Source: the human T2T-CHM13v2.0 reference genome, Homo sapiens. From it: a DNA stretch of 64,000 nucleotides. The notes beneath the pieces were generated by a model, which was given only the letters and a program-made list of their open reading frames with translations, had not been told where the DNA came from and searched no databases. How positions within the stretch are numbered: position 1 is the first letter of the stretch; the number at the start of each line of letters is the position of its first letter. Location: NCBI RefSeq assembly GCF_009914755.1, contig NC_060940.1; one strand, 5' to 3'. Position numbers and translations under genes: made by a program. Below are positions 42,301 to 55,700 of this stretch, piece by piece.

Positions 42301-45300
42301 TCGATGATTATTCCATTCGAGTGCATTAGATGATTCCATTCGAGTCCATTCGATGATTCCATTCGATTGCATTCGATGTTGATTCTGTTCAAATCCATTC
42401 GATGATTCCACTCGATTCCATTCGATGACTCCAGTTGATCCCATTCGATGATTTCCTTTGATTCCCTTTGATGATCATTCCATTTGATTCAATTCGGTGA
42501 TTTCATTTGATTCCATTCAGTGATGTTTCCATTCGACTCCATTCGATGATGATTCCATTCGACTCCATTCGATTATGATTTCATTCAATTCCATTCGATA
42601 ATGATTCCCTTCGAGTCCATTCGATGATTCCATTCGATTCCATTCAACGATGATTTGATTCGTGTCCATTCGATGATTCCATTTGATTCCACTTGATGAT
42701 GATTCCATTCGAGTCCATTTGATGATTCCATTCAATTCCATTCTCCGATGATTTCTTTTGAGCCCATTCAATGCTTCCACTCGATTCCATATGATGATGA
42801 CTCCATTCGATGAAATTCGATGATGATTCCATTCGCTTGCATTCGATGATGATTCCACTTGAGTCCATTAGAAGATTCTATTCAATTACATTCCATGACG
42901 ATTCCGTTCGAGTCCATTTGATGATTCCATTAGACTCCATTCGACGATGATTCCATTCGATGTTATTCGATGATTCCATTCGATCTCATTCGATGATGAT
43001 TCCATTCAACTCCATTCGATGTTTCCATTCGAGTTCATTCTATTATTCCATTAGATTCCATTCGATGATGATTCCATTCGATTCCATTTGATGATTGCAT
43101 TCTATTTCATTTGATGATGATTCCATTCGAGTCCACTCGATGATTCCATTCGAGTCCATTTAATGAATCCATTGGTTTCAATTCTATGATGATTACATTG
43201 GATTACATTCGTTGATGATTTCATTCGGTTCCATTCAATGATGATTCCATTCAATTCCTTTCAATGTTTCCATTCAATTCCATACGATGATGATTCCATT
43301 TGATTTGATTCGACAGTGAGCCATTCGATTCAATTCCATGATGATTCTATTTGACTCCATTGGTTGACATTTCCATTCGATTCCATTCGATGATGATTCC
43401 CTTTGATTCCATTCAAAGATGATTCCATTCTAGCCCATTCAATCATTCCATTCGATTCTATTCAATGATGATTCCATTCATGTCGATTTGGTGATTCCAT
43501 TTGACTTCATTTGATGATGATTCCTTTCAAGTTCATTAGATGATTCCATTCGATTCCATTTGATGATGATCCCATTCGAGTCCATTCAGTGATTCCATTC
43601 GTTTCCATTCCATGATGATTCCATTCCTTTCCATTCAATGATTCCATTCGATTCCGTTTGATGATGATTTCATTCGAGTCCATTTGATGATTCCATTTGA
43701 TTCCATTCAATGATGATTCCATTCGAGTCCATTCGATGATTCTATTCGAATCCATTTGATGATTTCTTTTGATTATAGTTGGTGATGATTCCATTGGAGT
43801 CCATTCAATGATTCCATTCGATTCCAATCGATGGTGATTCCATTAGAGTCCATTTAATGATTCCATTTGATTCCAGTCTCTGATGATTACATTCGAGTCC
43901 ATACGATGATTCCACTCAATTCCATATGATGATGATTCCATTCGATTCCATTCGATGATTCCATTCTATTCTATTCAATGGTGATTCCATTCGAGTACAT
44001 TAGATGATTCCATTCGATTCCATTCAATGATGATTCTATTTGTTTCCCTTAGATGATTCCACATGATTCCATTAGATGATGATACTATTTCAGCCCATCC
44101 AATGATTCCCTTCGATTCCATTCGATGAGGATTCCATTCGATTCAATTCATTGGTGATTCTATTCAATTCAATTCTTTGATTCCATTCCATTCCATTCGA
44201 CAATGATTCCATTCGATTTCTTTCGATGATTCCACTCGATTCCACTTGACATTGATTTCCTTTGATTCCATTCAATGATTCCATTTGATTCCAGTGGATG
44301 ATGATTGCCATCGATTCCATTCGATCACTCCATTCTATTCCATTTGATGATGATTACATTCGATTCCATTTGACGATTCCATCTGATTCTATTCGAGGAT
44401 TCCATTTGATTCCATTCGATGATGATTCCATTCGAGTCCATTCGATGATTTCATTCGAGTACATCCAATGATTCCATTCGAGTCCATTTGATGATTCCAT
44501 TTGATTCCATTTCATAATGATTCTACTAGAGTCCATTCAATGACTCCATTGGAGTCCATTCAACACTTCCATTCGACTCCATTTGATGATTCCATTCGAT
44601 TCCATTTGATGATTCCATTCGAGTCCATTTAATCATTACAGTCGAGTCCATTTGGTGATTCCACTGGATTTCTTTAGATAATGATACCATTCAATTACAT
44701 TTGATGATGATCCCATTCAATTTCATTTGATGATGATTCCATTAGAGTCCATTCGATGATTTCATTCGAGTCCCTTCATTGATTCCATCCGATTTCATTG
44801 GATGATGACTCCATTCGAGTCCATTCGATGATTCCACTCGATTCCATTAGATGATTCCATTGGAGTCCATTTGATTGTTCCATTCGATTCCATTCGATTC
44901 CTTTCGAAGATTATTCCATTTGAGTCCATTCGATGATGATTCCATTCCATTCCATTCGATGATTCCGTTTGATTCCATTCGATGAATCCCTTCGATTCCT
45001 TTCTTTGATGATTCCATTCCATTCCATTCAATGATTCCATTCGAATCTATTCCATGATGATTCCTTTCGATTCCATTCGCTGATGTTTCCGTTCAATTCC
45101 ATTCGATGATGATTCCATTCGATTCCATTCATTGAGGATTCCATTTGATTTCATTCAATGATGTTTCCGTTCTATTCCATTCAATGATTGCATTCAATTC
45201 CATTCAATGATTATCCCCTTAGAGTAAACTCAACGATTCCATTCAATACCATTCGATGATGATTCCTTTTGAGTCCATTCAATGATTTCATTCAAGTCCA

Positions 45301-45609
45301 TTTGATGATTCCTTTCAATTCCATTCTATGATGATTCCATTCGAGTCCATTCGATGATTCCATTCGATTGCATTCGATTATTCCATTATATTCCAGTCAA
45401 CGATGATTCCATTCGAGTCCATTCGATGATTCCATTAGAGTACATTTAATGATTGCTTTGTTTTCAATTCGAAGATGATTACATTGGATTCCATTCTATG
45501 ATACCATTCGATTCCATTCAATGATGATTCCACTCAAATCCATTGGATGATTCCATTCGTGTCCATTCGGTGATTTCATTAGATTCCATTCGAGGATGAT
45601 TCCATTCGA
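33306..45609 (+). repeat. Macro-repeat type B, copy B2 (12,304 bp, includes the 1031-bp triplication)
   Basis: ORF offsets of 12304: 33192/45496, 33896/46200, 32491/44795. Upstream parts match B1 at offsets 11724 and 12294, which reflects indels. Confidence 0.85.
37931..41023 (+). repeat. 1031-bp tandem triplication within B2
   Basis: Identical ORFs at 37996/39027/40058 and 38527/39558/40589. The unit start 'ccattcagtgattcc' lies at 37931, 38962 and 39993. Confidence 0.95.
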
Positions 45610-48600
45610 TTCCATTCGATGATTCCATTCAATTCCATTCGATGATGATTCCATTCCAGTCCATATGATCATTCCATTTGATTTCATTCGATGATGATTC
45701 CATTCGATTCCATTCGATGATTCCATTCTATTCCATTCGATGATGATTCCATTCGAGTCCATTCGATGATTCCATTCGAGTCCATTTAATGATTCCATTG
45801 GGTTCAATTCAATGATGATTACATTGGATTCCGTTCTATGATTCCATTCAATTCCGTTCATTGACAATTTGATTCCATTCGATGATGATTCCATTTGAGT
45901 TCATTCGATGATTCTATTCGATTCTCTTCGATGGTGATTCAATTCTATTATATTGGATGATTCCATTCGATTCCATTTGATGTTGATTCAATTCGATTCT
46001 ATTCGATGATGATTCCATTGGATTTCACTTGATGATTCTATTCGATTCCATTCAATGATGATTCACTTCTCGTCCATTGGATGATTCCATTTCATTCCAT
46101 TCGATGATGATTCCATTCGATTCCATTCGATGATTCCATTTGATTCCATGCGACGGTGAGCAATTCGATTCAATTCCATGATGATTCTATTTGATTCAAT
46201 TAGATGATGTTTCCATTCGAATCCATTCCACGATTATTCCATTGGAATCCATTTGGCGATGATTCCATATGAGTCAATTCAATGATGATTCCATATGCGT
46301 CCGTTCGATGATAATTCCATTTGATTTCATTCAATGCTTCTATTCTATTCCAGTCGATGATGATTCCGTTGGAGTCCATACGATGATTCCATTTGATTTC
46401 ATTTGATGATGATTCCATTCGATGATGATTACATTGGATTCCATTCTATGATTCCATTCAATTCCATTCGTTGATGATTCGATTCCATTCAATGATGATT
46501 CCATTTGAGTTCATTCGATGATTCTATTCGATTCCGTTCGATGGTGATTCAATTCTCTTATATTGGATGATTCCACTCGATTCCATTTGATGATTATTCC
46601 ATTGGAGTCCACTTAGTGAATCCTTTAGATTCTACTCGAAGATGATTCCATTCGAGTCCATTCAATGATACCATTCAATTTCATTCGTTGATGCTTCCAT
46701 TCAAGTGCATTCGATGATATCATTCAATTCCATTTGATGATAATTCCATTTGATTCCATGCGATGATTCTATTCGATTCCATTCAATGATAATTCCATTC
46801 AATTCAGTGATTCCTCTGGACTCCATTTGATGATGATTCCATTCAATGATTCCATTCGATTCTATTCCAAAATGATTCCATTTGAATCCATTTGATGATG
46901 ATTCCATTAGATTCCATTTGATGATTCCATTCGATTCCATTTGACGATGATTCCATTCGATTCCATTTGATGATTCCATTCTATTCTATTCGATGATGAT
47001 TCCATTCGATTCCATTTGATGATTTCATTTGATTCCATTCGTTAATGATTTCGATCAACTCCATTCGTTGATTCCATTTGATTCCATTCGATAATGATTA
47101 CATCCGAGTCCATTCGATGATTCCATTTGAGCCCGTTCGATAATTCCATTTGAGTCCAATGAATGATTCCATTCATTTCCATTCAATGATTCCATTCGAG
47201 TCCATTTGATCATTCTGGTAGGGTCCGTTCGATGTTGATTCCATTGGAGTGCATTCGATGATTCCATTCGAGTCCATTTTATGATTTGATTCGAGTCCTT
47301 TCGATGATTCCATTCGATTCCACTCGATGATGATTTCATTCGAGTCCATTCGACACTTCCAATCGATTCCATTTGATGTTTCCATTCGAGTCCAATTGAT
47401 GATTCCATTCAATTCCATTCGATGATGATTCCGTACGATTCCATTCTGTGATGATTCCATGTGATTGCATTCAATGATGATTCCTTTCGATTGCATTCGA
47501 TTATGATTCATTTCGTGTTCATTCTATGGTTCCACAGGTTTCCATTCGATGACGTTTCCGTTCGTGTCCATTCCATTATTCCATTCTATTTCATTTGATG
47601 ATGATTCCATTCGATTCCATTCATTGGTGATTCCACTCAATTCCATTCAATGATTCCATTCCATTTGTTTCAACAATGATTCCCTTAGTTTCTATTCGAT
47701 GATCCACTTGATTCCATTTGGCGATGATTCCATTCGTGTCCATTCGATGATTCCATTTGATTCCATATGATGATGATTCCATTCGATTCCATACCATGAT
47801 GATTCCATTCGAGTCCATTCAATGGTGATTCCATTCAATTCCATTCGATGATTCCTTCCGATTCCATTCGATGATGATAGCATTCGATTCCTTTCAATCA
47901 TTCCCTTTGATTCCATTCAAAGGTGATTTCATTCAAGTCCATTCGATAATTGCATTCGATTCCATTCTATGATGATTCCATTCGAGTCCATTTGATGATT
48001 CCATTCAATTCAAGTCAATGATGATTCCATTCGATTCCACTCGATGATTCCATTGGATTCCATTCGATGATGATTCCATTCAAATCCATTCGATAATTCA
48101 ATTCAAGTCCATTCGATGATGATTCCAATCGAATCCATTCAAAGATTCCATTCAATTCCATTCGATGATGATTCCCTTAGATTCCATTCGATGATTCCAC
48201 TTGATTCCATTTACGATGATTCCATTCGATTCCATGTGATGAATCCATTCAATTCTATTCAATGATGTTTCCATTTGATTCCATTGGACCATGATTGCCT
48301 TTGATTCCATTCAATGATTCCATTCGGTTCCATTTGATGATGATTCCGTTCGATTCCATTTCATTATTCCATTTGATTCCATTGGATGAGTCCATTCGAT
48401 TACATTCGATGATTATTCCATTCGAGTGCATTAGATGATTGCATTCGAGTCCATTCGATGATTCCATTCGATTCCATTCGATGTTGATTCTGTTCAAATT
48501 CATTCGATGATTCCACTTGATTCCATTCGATGACTCCATTTGATCCCATTCGATGATTTCCTGTGATTCCCTTTGATGATCATTCTATTTGATTCAATTC

Positions 48601-49722
48601 GGTGATTTCATTTCATTCCATTCAGTGATGTTTCCATTCGACTGTATTCGATGATGATTCCATTCGACTCCATTCGATTATGATTTCATTCAATTCCATT
48701 CAATAATGATTCCCTTCGAGTCCATTCGATGATTCCATTCGATTCCATTCAACGATGATTTGATTCGTTTCCATTCGATGATTCCATTTGATTCCACTTG
48801 ATGATGATTCCATTCGAGTCCATTTGATGATTCCATTCGAGTCTATTTATGTATTATATTCGTGTCCACTTCATGATTCCATTCAATTCCATTTAATGTT
48901 GATTCCATTTGATTCCATTTGATGATTCAGTTCGATTCCTTGCAATGATTCCCTACGATTCCTTTCTCTGATGATTCCATTCGATTCCATTCATTGATGA
49001 TTTCATTCGACTCCATTCGATGATGATTCCTTTCGATTCCATTTGACGATGTTTCCATTCGAGTCCATTCGATGATGATTCTATTCAATTCTGTTCTATT
49101 ATGATTCCATTCGATTTCATTCAATGCTTCTATTTGATTCCATTCGATGATGATTCCATCTCTTTCCCTTCGATGATTCCATTTGATTCCATTCAGTGAT
49201 GATTCCATTTGATTCCATCTGATGATGATTTCACTTGATTCCTTTCAATGATGATTCAATTCAAGTCCATTCTATGACTCCATTGGAGTCCAAACGATCA
49301 TTCCGTTCGATTCCATTCAATGGTGATTCCATTCATGTCCATTCGATGAATCCATTCAATTCCATTCGATGATGACTCCATTCGAGTACATTCGATGATT
49401 CCATTTGATTCCATTTGAAGATGATTCCATTCAATTCCATTCGAAGATGATTCCATTCAATTCCATTCGATGATGATTCCGTATGAATCCATTCTCTGAT
49501 TATTCCATTAGATTCCATTCATTGACGATTCCATTCAATTCCATTCAATGATGATTCTCTTCTATTCCATTCGATGATTCCGGTCGATTCCATTCGATGA
49601 TGATTCCATTAGATTCCATTCGATTGTTGCATTCGATTCCCTTCGATGATGATTCCTTTGAATTCCATTCGATTATCATTCCGTATGAATCCATTTGATG
49701 ATTATTCCATTGGATTCCTTTC
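45610..49722 (+). repeat. Macro-repeat type B, copy B3 (partial, about 4.1 kb)
   Basis: Matches B2 at offset 12304, then 12278 after a 26-bp deletion near 47010 (ORFs 35343/47621, 35977/48255, 37055/49333). It switches to A-type sequence at about 49723. Confidence 0.85.
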
Positions 49723-52700
49723 GATGATGATTCCGTTCGATTCCATTTGATGATTCCATTTGATTCCATTGGATGAGTCCATTCGATTACATTCGATGAT
49801 TATTCCATTCGAGTGCATTAGATGATTCCATTCGAGTCCATTCGATGATTCCATTCGAGTCCATTCGATGATTCCATTCGATTCCATTCGATGTTGATTC
49901 TGTTCAAATCCATTCGATGATTCCACTCGATTCCATTCGATGACTCCATTTGATCCCATTCTATGATTTCCTTTGATTCCCTTTGATGATCATTCCATTT
50001 GATTCAATTCGGTGATTTCATTTGATTCCATTCAGTGATGTTTCCATTCGACTCCATTCGATGATGATTCCATTCGACTACATTCGATTATGATTTCATT
50101 CAATTCCATAAGATAAAGATTCCCTTCGAGTCCAATCGATGATTCCATTCGATTCCATTCAACGATGATTTGATTCGTGTCCATTCGATGATTCCATTTG
50201 ATTCCACTTGATGAGGATTCCATTCCAGTCCATTTGATGATTCCATTCAATTCCATTCTCCGATGATTTCTTTTGAGCCCATTCAATGCTTCCACTCGAT
50301 TACATATGATGATGACTCCATTCGATGAAACTCGATGATGATTCCATTCGCTTGCATTCGATGATGATTCCACTTGAGTCCGTTAGAAGATTCTATTCAA
50401 TTACATTCCATGACGATTCCGTTCGAGTCCATTTGATGATTCCATTACACTCCATTCGACAATGATTCCATTCAATGTTATTCGATGATTCCATTCGATC
50501 TCATTCGATGATGATTCCATTCAACTCCATTCGATGTTTCCATTCGAGTTCATTCTATTATTCCATTAGATTCCATTCGATGATGATTCCATTCGATTCC
50601 ATTTGATGATTGCATTCTATTTCATTTGATGATGATTCCATTCGAGTCCATTCGATGATTCCATTCGAGTCCATTTAATGAATCCATTGGTTTCAATTCT
50701 ATGATGATTATATTGGATTCCATTCGTTGATGATTTCATTCGATTCCATTCAATGATGATTCCATTCAATTCCATTCAATGATTCCATTCAATTCCATAC
50801 GATGATGATTCCATTTGATTTGATTCGACAGTGAGCCATTCGATTCAATTCCATGATGATTCTATTTGATTCACTTGGTTGACATTTCTATTCGGTTCCA
50901 TTCGATGATGATTCCATTTGATTCCATTCAAACATGATTCCATTCTAGCCCATTCAATCATTCCATTCGATTCTATTCAATGATGATTCCATTCATGTCG
51001 ATTTGGTGATTCCATTTGACTTCATTTGATGATGATTCCTTTCAAGTTCATTAGATGATTCCATTCGATTCCATTTGATGATGATCCCATTCGAGTCCAT
51101 TCAGTGATTCCACTCGTTTCCATTCCATGATGATTCCATTCCATTCCATTCAATGATTCCATTCGATTCCGTTTGATGATGATTTCATTCGAGTCCATTT
51201 GATGATTCCATTTGATTCCATTCGATGATGATTCCATTCGAGTCCATTCGATGATTCTATTCGAATCCATTTGATGATTTCTTTTGATTATATTTGGTGA
51301 TGATTCCATTGGAGTCCATTCAATGATTCCATTCTATTCCAATCGATGATGATTCCATTAGAGTCCATTTAATGATTCCATTTGATTCCAGTCTCTGATG
51401 ATTACATTCGAGTCCATACGATGATTCCACTCAATTCCATATGATGATGATTCCATTCGATTCCATTCGATGATTCCATTCTATTCTATTCAATGGTGAT
51501 TCCATTCGAGTACATTAGATGATTCCATTCGATTCCATTCAATGATGATTCTACTTGTGTCCCTTAGATGATTCCACATGATTCCATTAGATGATGATAC
51601 TATTTGAGCCCATCCAATGATTCCCTTCGATTCCATTCGATGAGGATTCCATTCGATTCAATTCATTGGTGATTCTATTCAATTCAATTCTTTGATTCAA
51701 TTCCATTCCATTCGACAATGATTCCATTCGATTTCTTTCGATGATTCCACTCAATTTCACTTGACATTGATTCCATTCGATTCCATTCAATGATTCCATT
51801 TGATTCCAGTGGATGATGATTGCCGTCGATTCCATTCGATCACTCCATTCTGTTCCATTTGATGATGATTACATTCGATTCCATTTGATGATTCCATCTG
51901 ATTCTATTCGAGGATTCCATTTGATTCCATTCAATGATGATTCCATTCGAGTCCATTCGATGGTTTCATTCGAGTACATCCAATGATTCCATTCGAGTCC
52001 ATTTGATGATTCCATTTCATTCCATTTGATTATGATTCTACTAGAGTCCATTCAATGACTCCATTCGAGTCCATTCAACAGTTCCATCCGAGTCCATTCG
52101 ATGATTCCATTCGATTCCATTTGATGATTCCATTCGAGTCCATTTAATCATTACAGTCGAGTCCATTTGGTGATTCCACTGGATTTCTTTTGATAATGAT
52201 ACCATTCAATTACATTTGATGATGATCCCATTCAATTTCATTTGATGATGATTCCATTAGTGTCCATTCCATGATTTCATTCGAGTCCCTTCATTGATTC
52301 CATCCGATTTCATTTCATGATGACTCCATTCGAGTCCATTCGATGATTCCACTCGATTCCTTTAGATGATTCCATTGGAGTCCATTTGATTGTTCCATTC
52401 GATTCCATTCGATTCCTTTCGAAGATTATTCCATTTGAGTCCATTCGATGATGATTCCATTCCATTCCATTCGATGATTCCGTTTGATTCCATTCGATGA
52501 TTCCCTGCGATTCCTTTCTATGATGATTCCATTCCATTCCATTCAATGATTCCATTCGAATGTATTCCATGATGATTCCTTTCGATTCCATTCGCTGATG
52601 TTTCCGTTCAATTCCATTCGATGATGATTCCATTCGATTCCATTCATTGAGGATTCCATTGGATTCCATTCAATGATGATTCCATTCTATTCCATTCAAT

Positions 52701-55700
52701 GATTGCATTCAATTCCATTCAATGATTATGCCATTAGAGTAAATTCAACGATTCCATTCAATACCATTCGATGATGATTCCTTTTGAGTCCATTCAATGA
52801 TTTCATTCAAGTCCATTTGATGATTCCTTTCAATTCCATTCCATGATGATTCCATTCGAGTCCATTCGATGATTCCATTCGATTGCATTCGATGATTCCA
52901 TTATATTCCATTCAACGATGATTCCATTCGAGTCCATTCGATGATTCCATTAGAGTACATTTAATGATTGCTTTGTTTTCAATTCGAAGATGATTACATT
53001 GGATTCCATTCTATGATTCCATTCGATTGCATTCATTGATGATTCCACCCAATTCCATTCGATGATGATTCCATTCGATTTCAATGATTCTACACGATTC
53101 CATTCAATGATGATTCAATTCTATTCCGTTTGATGATTCCATTAGATTCCATTCTATGATGATTCCATTCGAGTCCATTCGAAGATTTCATTCGATTACA
53201 TTCCATGACGATTCCATTCGAGTCCATTCGATGATTCCATTTGAATCCATTCGACGATGATTCCATTTGATGCTATCCGATGATTCCATTGGATTCCATT
53301 CGATGATGATTCCATTCGACTTGATTTGATGTTTCTATTTGAGTCCATTCGGTTATTTTATTAGACTACATTCGATGATGATTCCATTCGATGCCATTCA
53401 ATGATTCCATTTGATTCCACTCAATGATGATTGCATTCGTGTCCATTCGATGATTCCATTTGGTTCCATTTGATGATGATTCCATTCGAGTCCATTCGAT
53501 GATACCATTCAATTCCATTCGATGATCATTCCATTCGAATCCATTTGATGATTCCACTCAATTCCATTTGATGACTCCTTTCATTCCCATTCGATGATTC
53601 CCTTCAGTTCCAATTGGATGATCTTTCCATTTGATTCAATATGGTGACTCCATTCTATTATATTCAATGATGATTCCATTCGACTCCATTAGATGATGAC
53701 TCCATTCCATTCCATTCGATTGTGATTTCATTCGATTCCATTCGAAGATGATTCCATTCGAGTCCATTTGATGATTCCATTCGATTCCATTCAATGATGA
53801 TTCCACTCAAATCCATTGGATGATTCCATTCGTTTCCAATTGGTGATTTCATTAGATTCCATTCGAGGATGATTCTATTCGAGTCCATTCAATGATTCCA
53901 TTGGATTCCGTTTGATAATGATTCCATTAGAGTTCATTCGATGATTCCCTTCGAGTCCATTCGATTATTTCTTTTGATTCCATTTGATGATGATTCCATT
54001 CGATTCCATTCAATGATTCCATTCCATTCCATTCGATGATGATTCCATTCGATAATGATTACATTCGAGCCCATGTGATGATTCCATTAGATTCTATTCA
54101 ATGATGATTCCATTCGACCACATTCGATGATGGCATTCGAGTCCATTCGATGATTTCACTCGATTCCACTTGATGATGATTCCTTTTGAGTCCATTTGAT
54201 GATTACATTCGAGTCCATGAGATGACTCCATTCGATTCCATTTCATGATGATGCAATTCGAGGCTATTCGATCATCCCATTTTAGTGCATTCGGTGATTC
54301 TCTTTTATTACATTCGATGAGGGCTCCATTCGAGTCCATTCAATGATTCCATTAGATTCCACTCGATGATGATTCCATTTGAGTCCATTCAAAGATTCCT
54401 TTCGAGTCCATTCGATAATTCTATTGGATTCCACTAGGTGATGATTCCTTTCGAGTCAATTCGATGATTCCTTTCAAGTGCCTTCAATGATTCCATTCGA
54501 TTCCATTCGATGACGATTCATTTCAAGTCCATTCAATGGTTCCATTCTGTTGAATTTGATGGTTCCATTTGATTCCATTCGATGATGATTCCATTCGTGT
54601 CCATTGGATGATTCCATTCGATTCCTTTCGAGGAAGATTCCATTCGACTCCATTCGATGATTCCGTTCGATTCCATTCCATGATGATTCCATTTGATTCC
54701 ATTCCATGATTCCATTCGATACCATTCGATGATGATTCCATTCGACTCCATTTGATGAATCCATTCAATGCTTCCATTCGAGTCCATTCGATGATTCCAT
54801 TCGATTCCATTCCATGAAGATTCCATTCGAGTACATTTGATGATTCCATTTAATTCCATAGGATGATGATTCTATTAGGGTCCGTTGACTATTCCATTCA
54901 ATTCCATTCGAAGATTCCATTCGAGTCCACTCGATGATTCTATTTGATTCCATTTGATAATTCCATTCGATTCCATTTGATGTTGATTCCATTCGAGTCC
55001 ATTCGATCATTATTACATTTGATTCTATTCGATGATTCCATTCGATTCCATTTGATGAGGATTCCATTCGAGACCATTTGATGATTCCATTCAATTCCAT
55101 TGGATGATTCCAATATTTTCCATTAGATGATGATTCCATTCGATTCCATTCAATGATGATTCCATCAGAATCCATTCGATGATGACTCCTTTTGCTTCCA
55201 TTCAATGATCATTACATTCGGTTCCATTCGATGATGATTCCTTTGGATTCCATTCGATGATGCTTCCATTCGATTCCATTTGATGATGATTCTTTTCGAT
55301 TCCATTTGATGATGATTCCATTTGATTCCATTCGATGGTGATTCCATTTGATGATTCCATTCGATTGTATTCGATGATGATTCCACTCGATTCTATTTGA
55401 TGATGACTGCATTCGATTCCATTTGATGATTCCATTTGATTCCATTCGATGATGATTCTGATCAATTGCATTCGATGATCCATTCGATTCCATTTGATGG
55501 TTCCATTTGATTCCATTTGATAATGATTCCTTTCGAGTCCATTCGATGATTCCATTTGCGGATATTCGATAATTCCATTTGAGTCCAACCGATGATTCCA
55601 TTCGAGGCCATTCAATCATTCTTTTTGAGTCCTTTCGATAAAGATTCCATTTTAGTCCATTCAATAATTCCACTGGAGTCCATTCGATGATTGCTTTTAA

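Noticed and set aside
35250-47545. Landmark spacings of 6192 and 6086 bp suggesting the roughly 6.1-kb chr16 HSat2B period
   Set aside because: 6192 is explained as 4130 plus 2x1031, and the two intervals have different content, so they are not a true 6.1-kb tandem period. A chromosome assignment is not supportable from this window.
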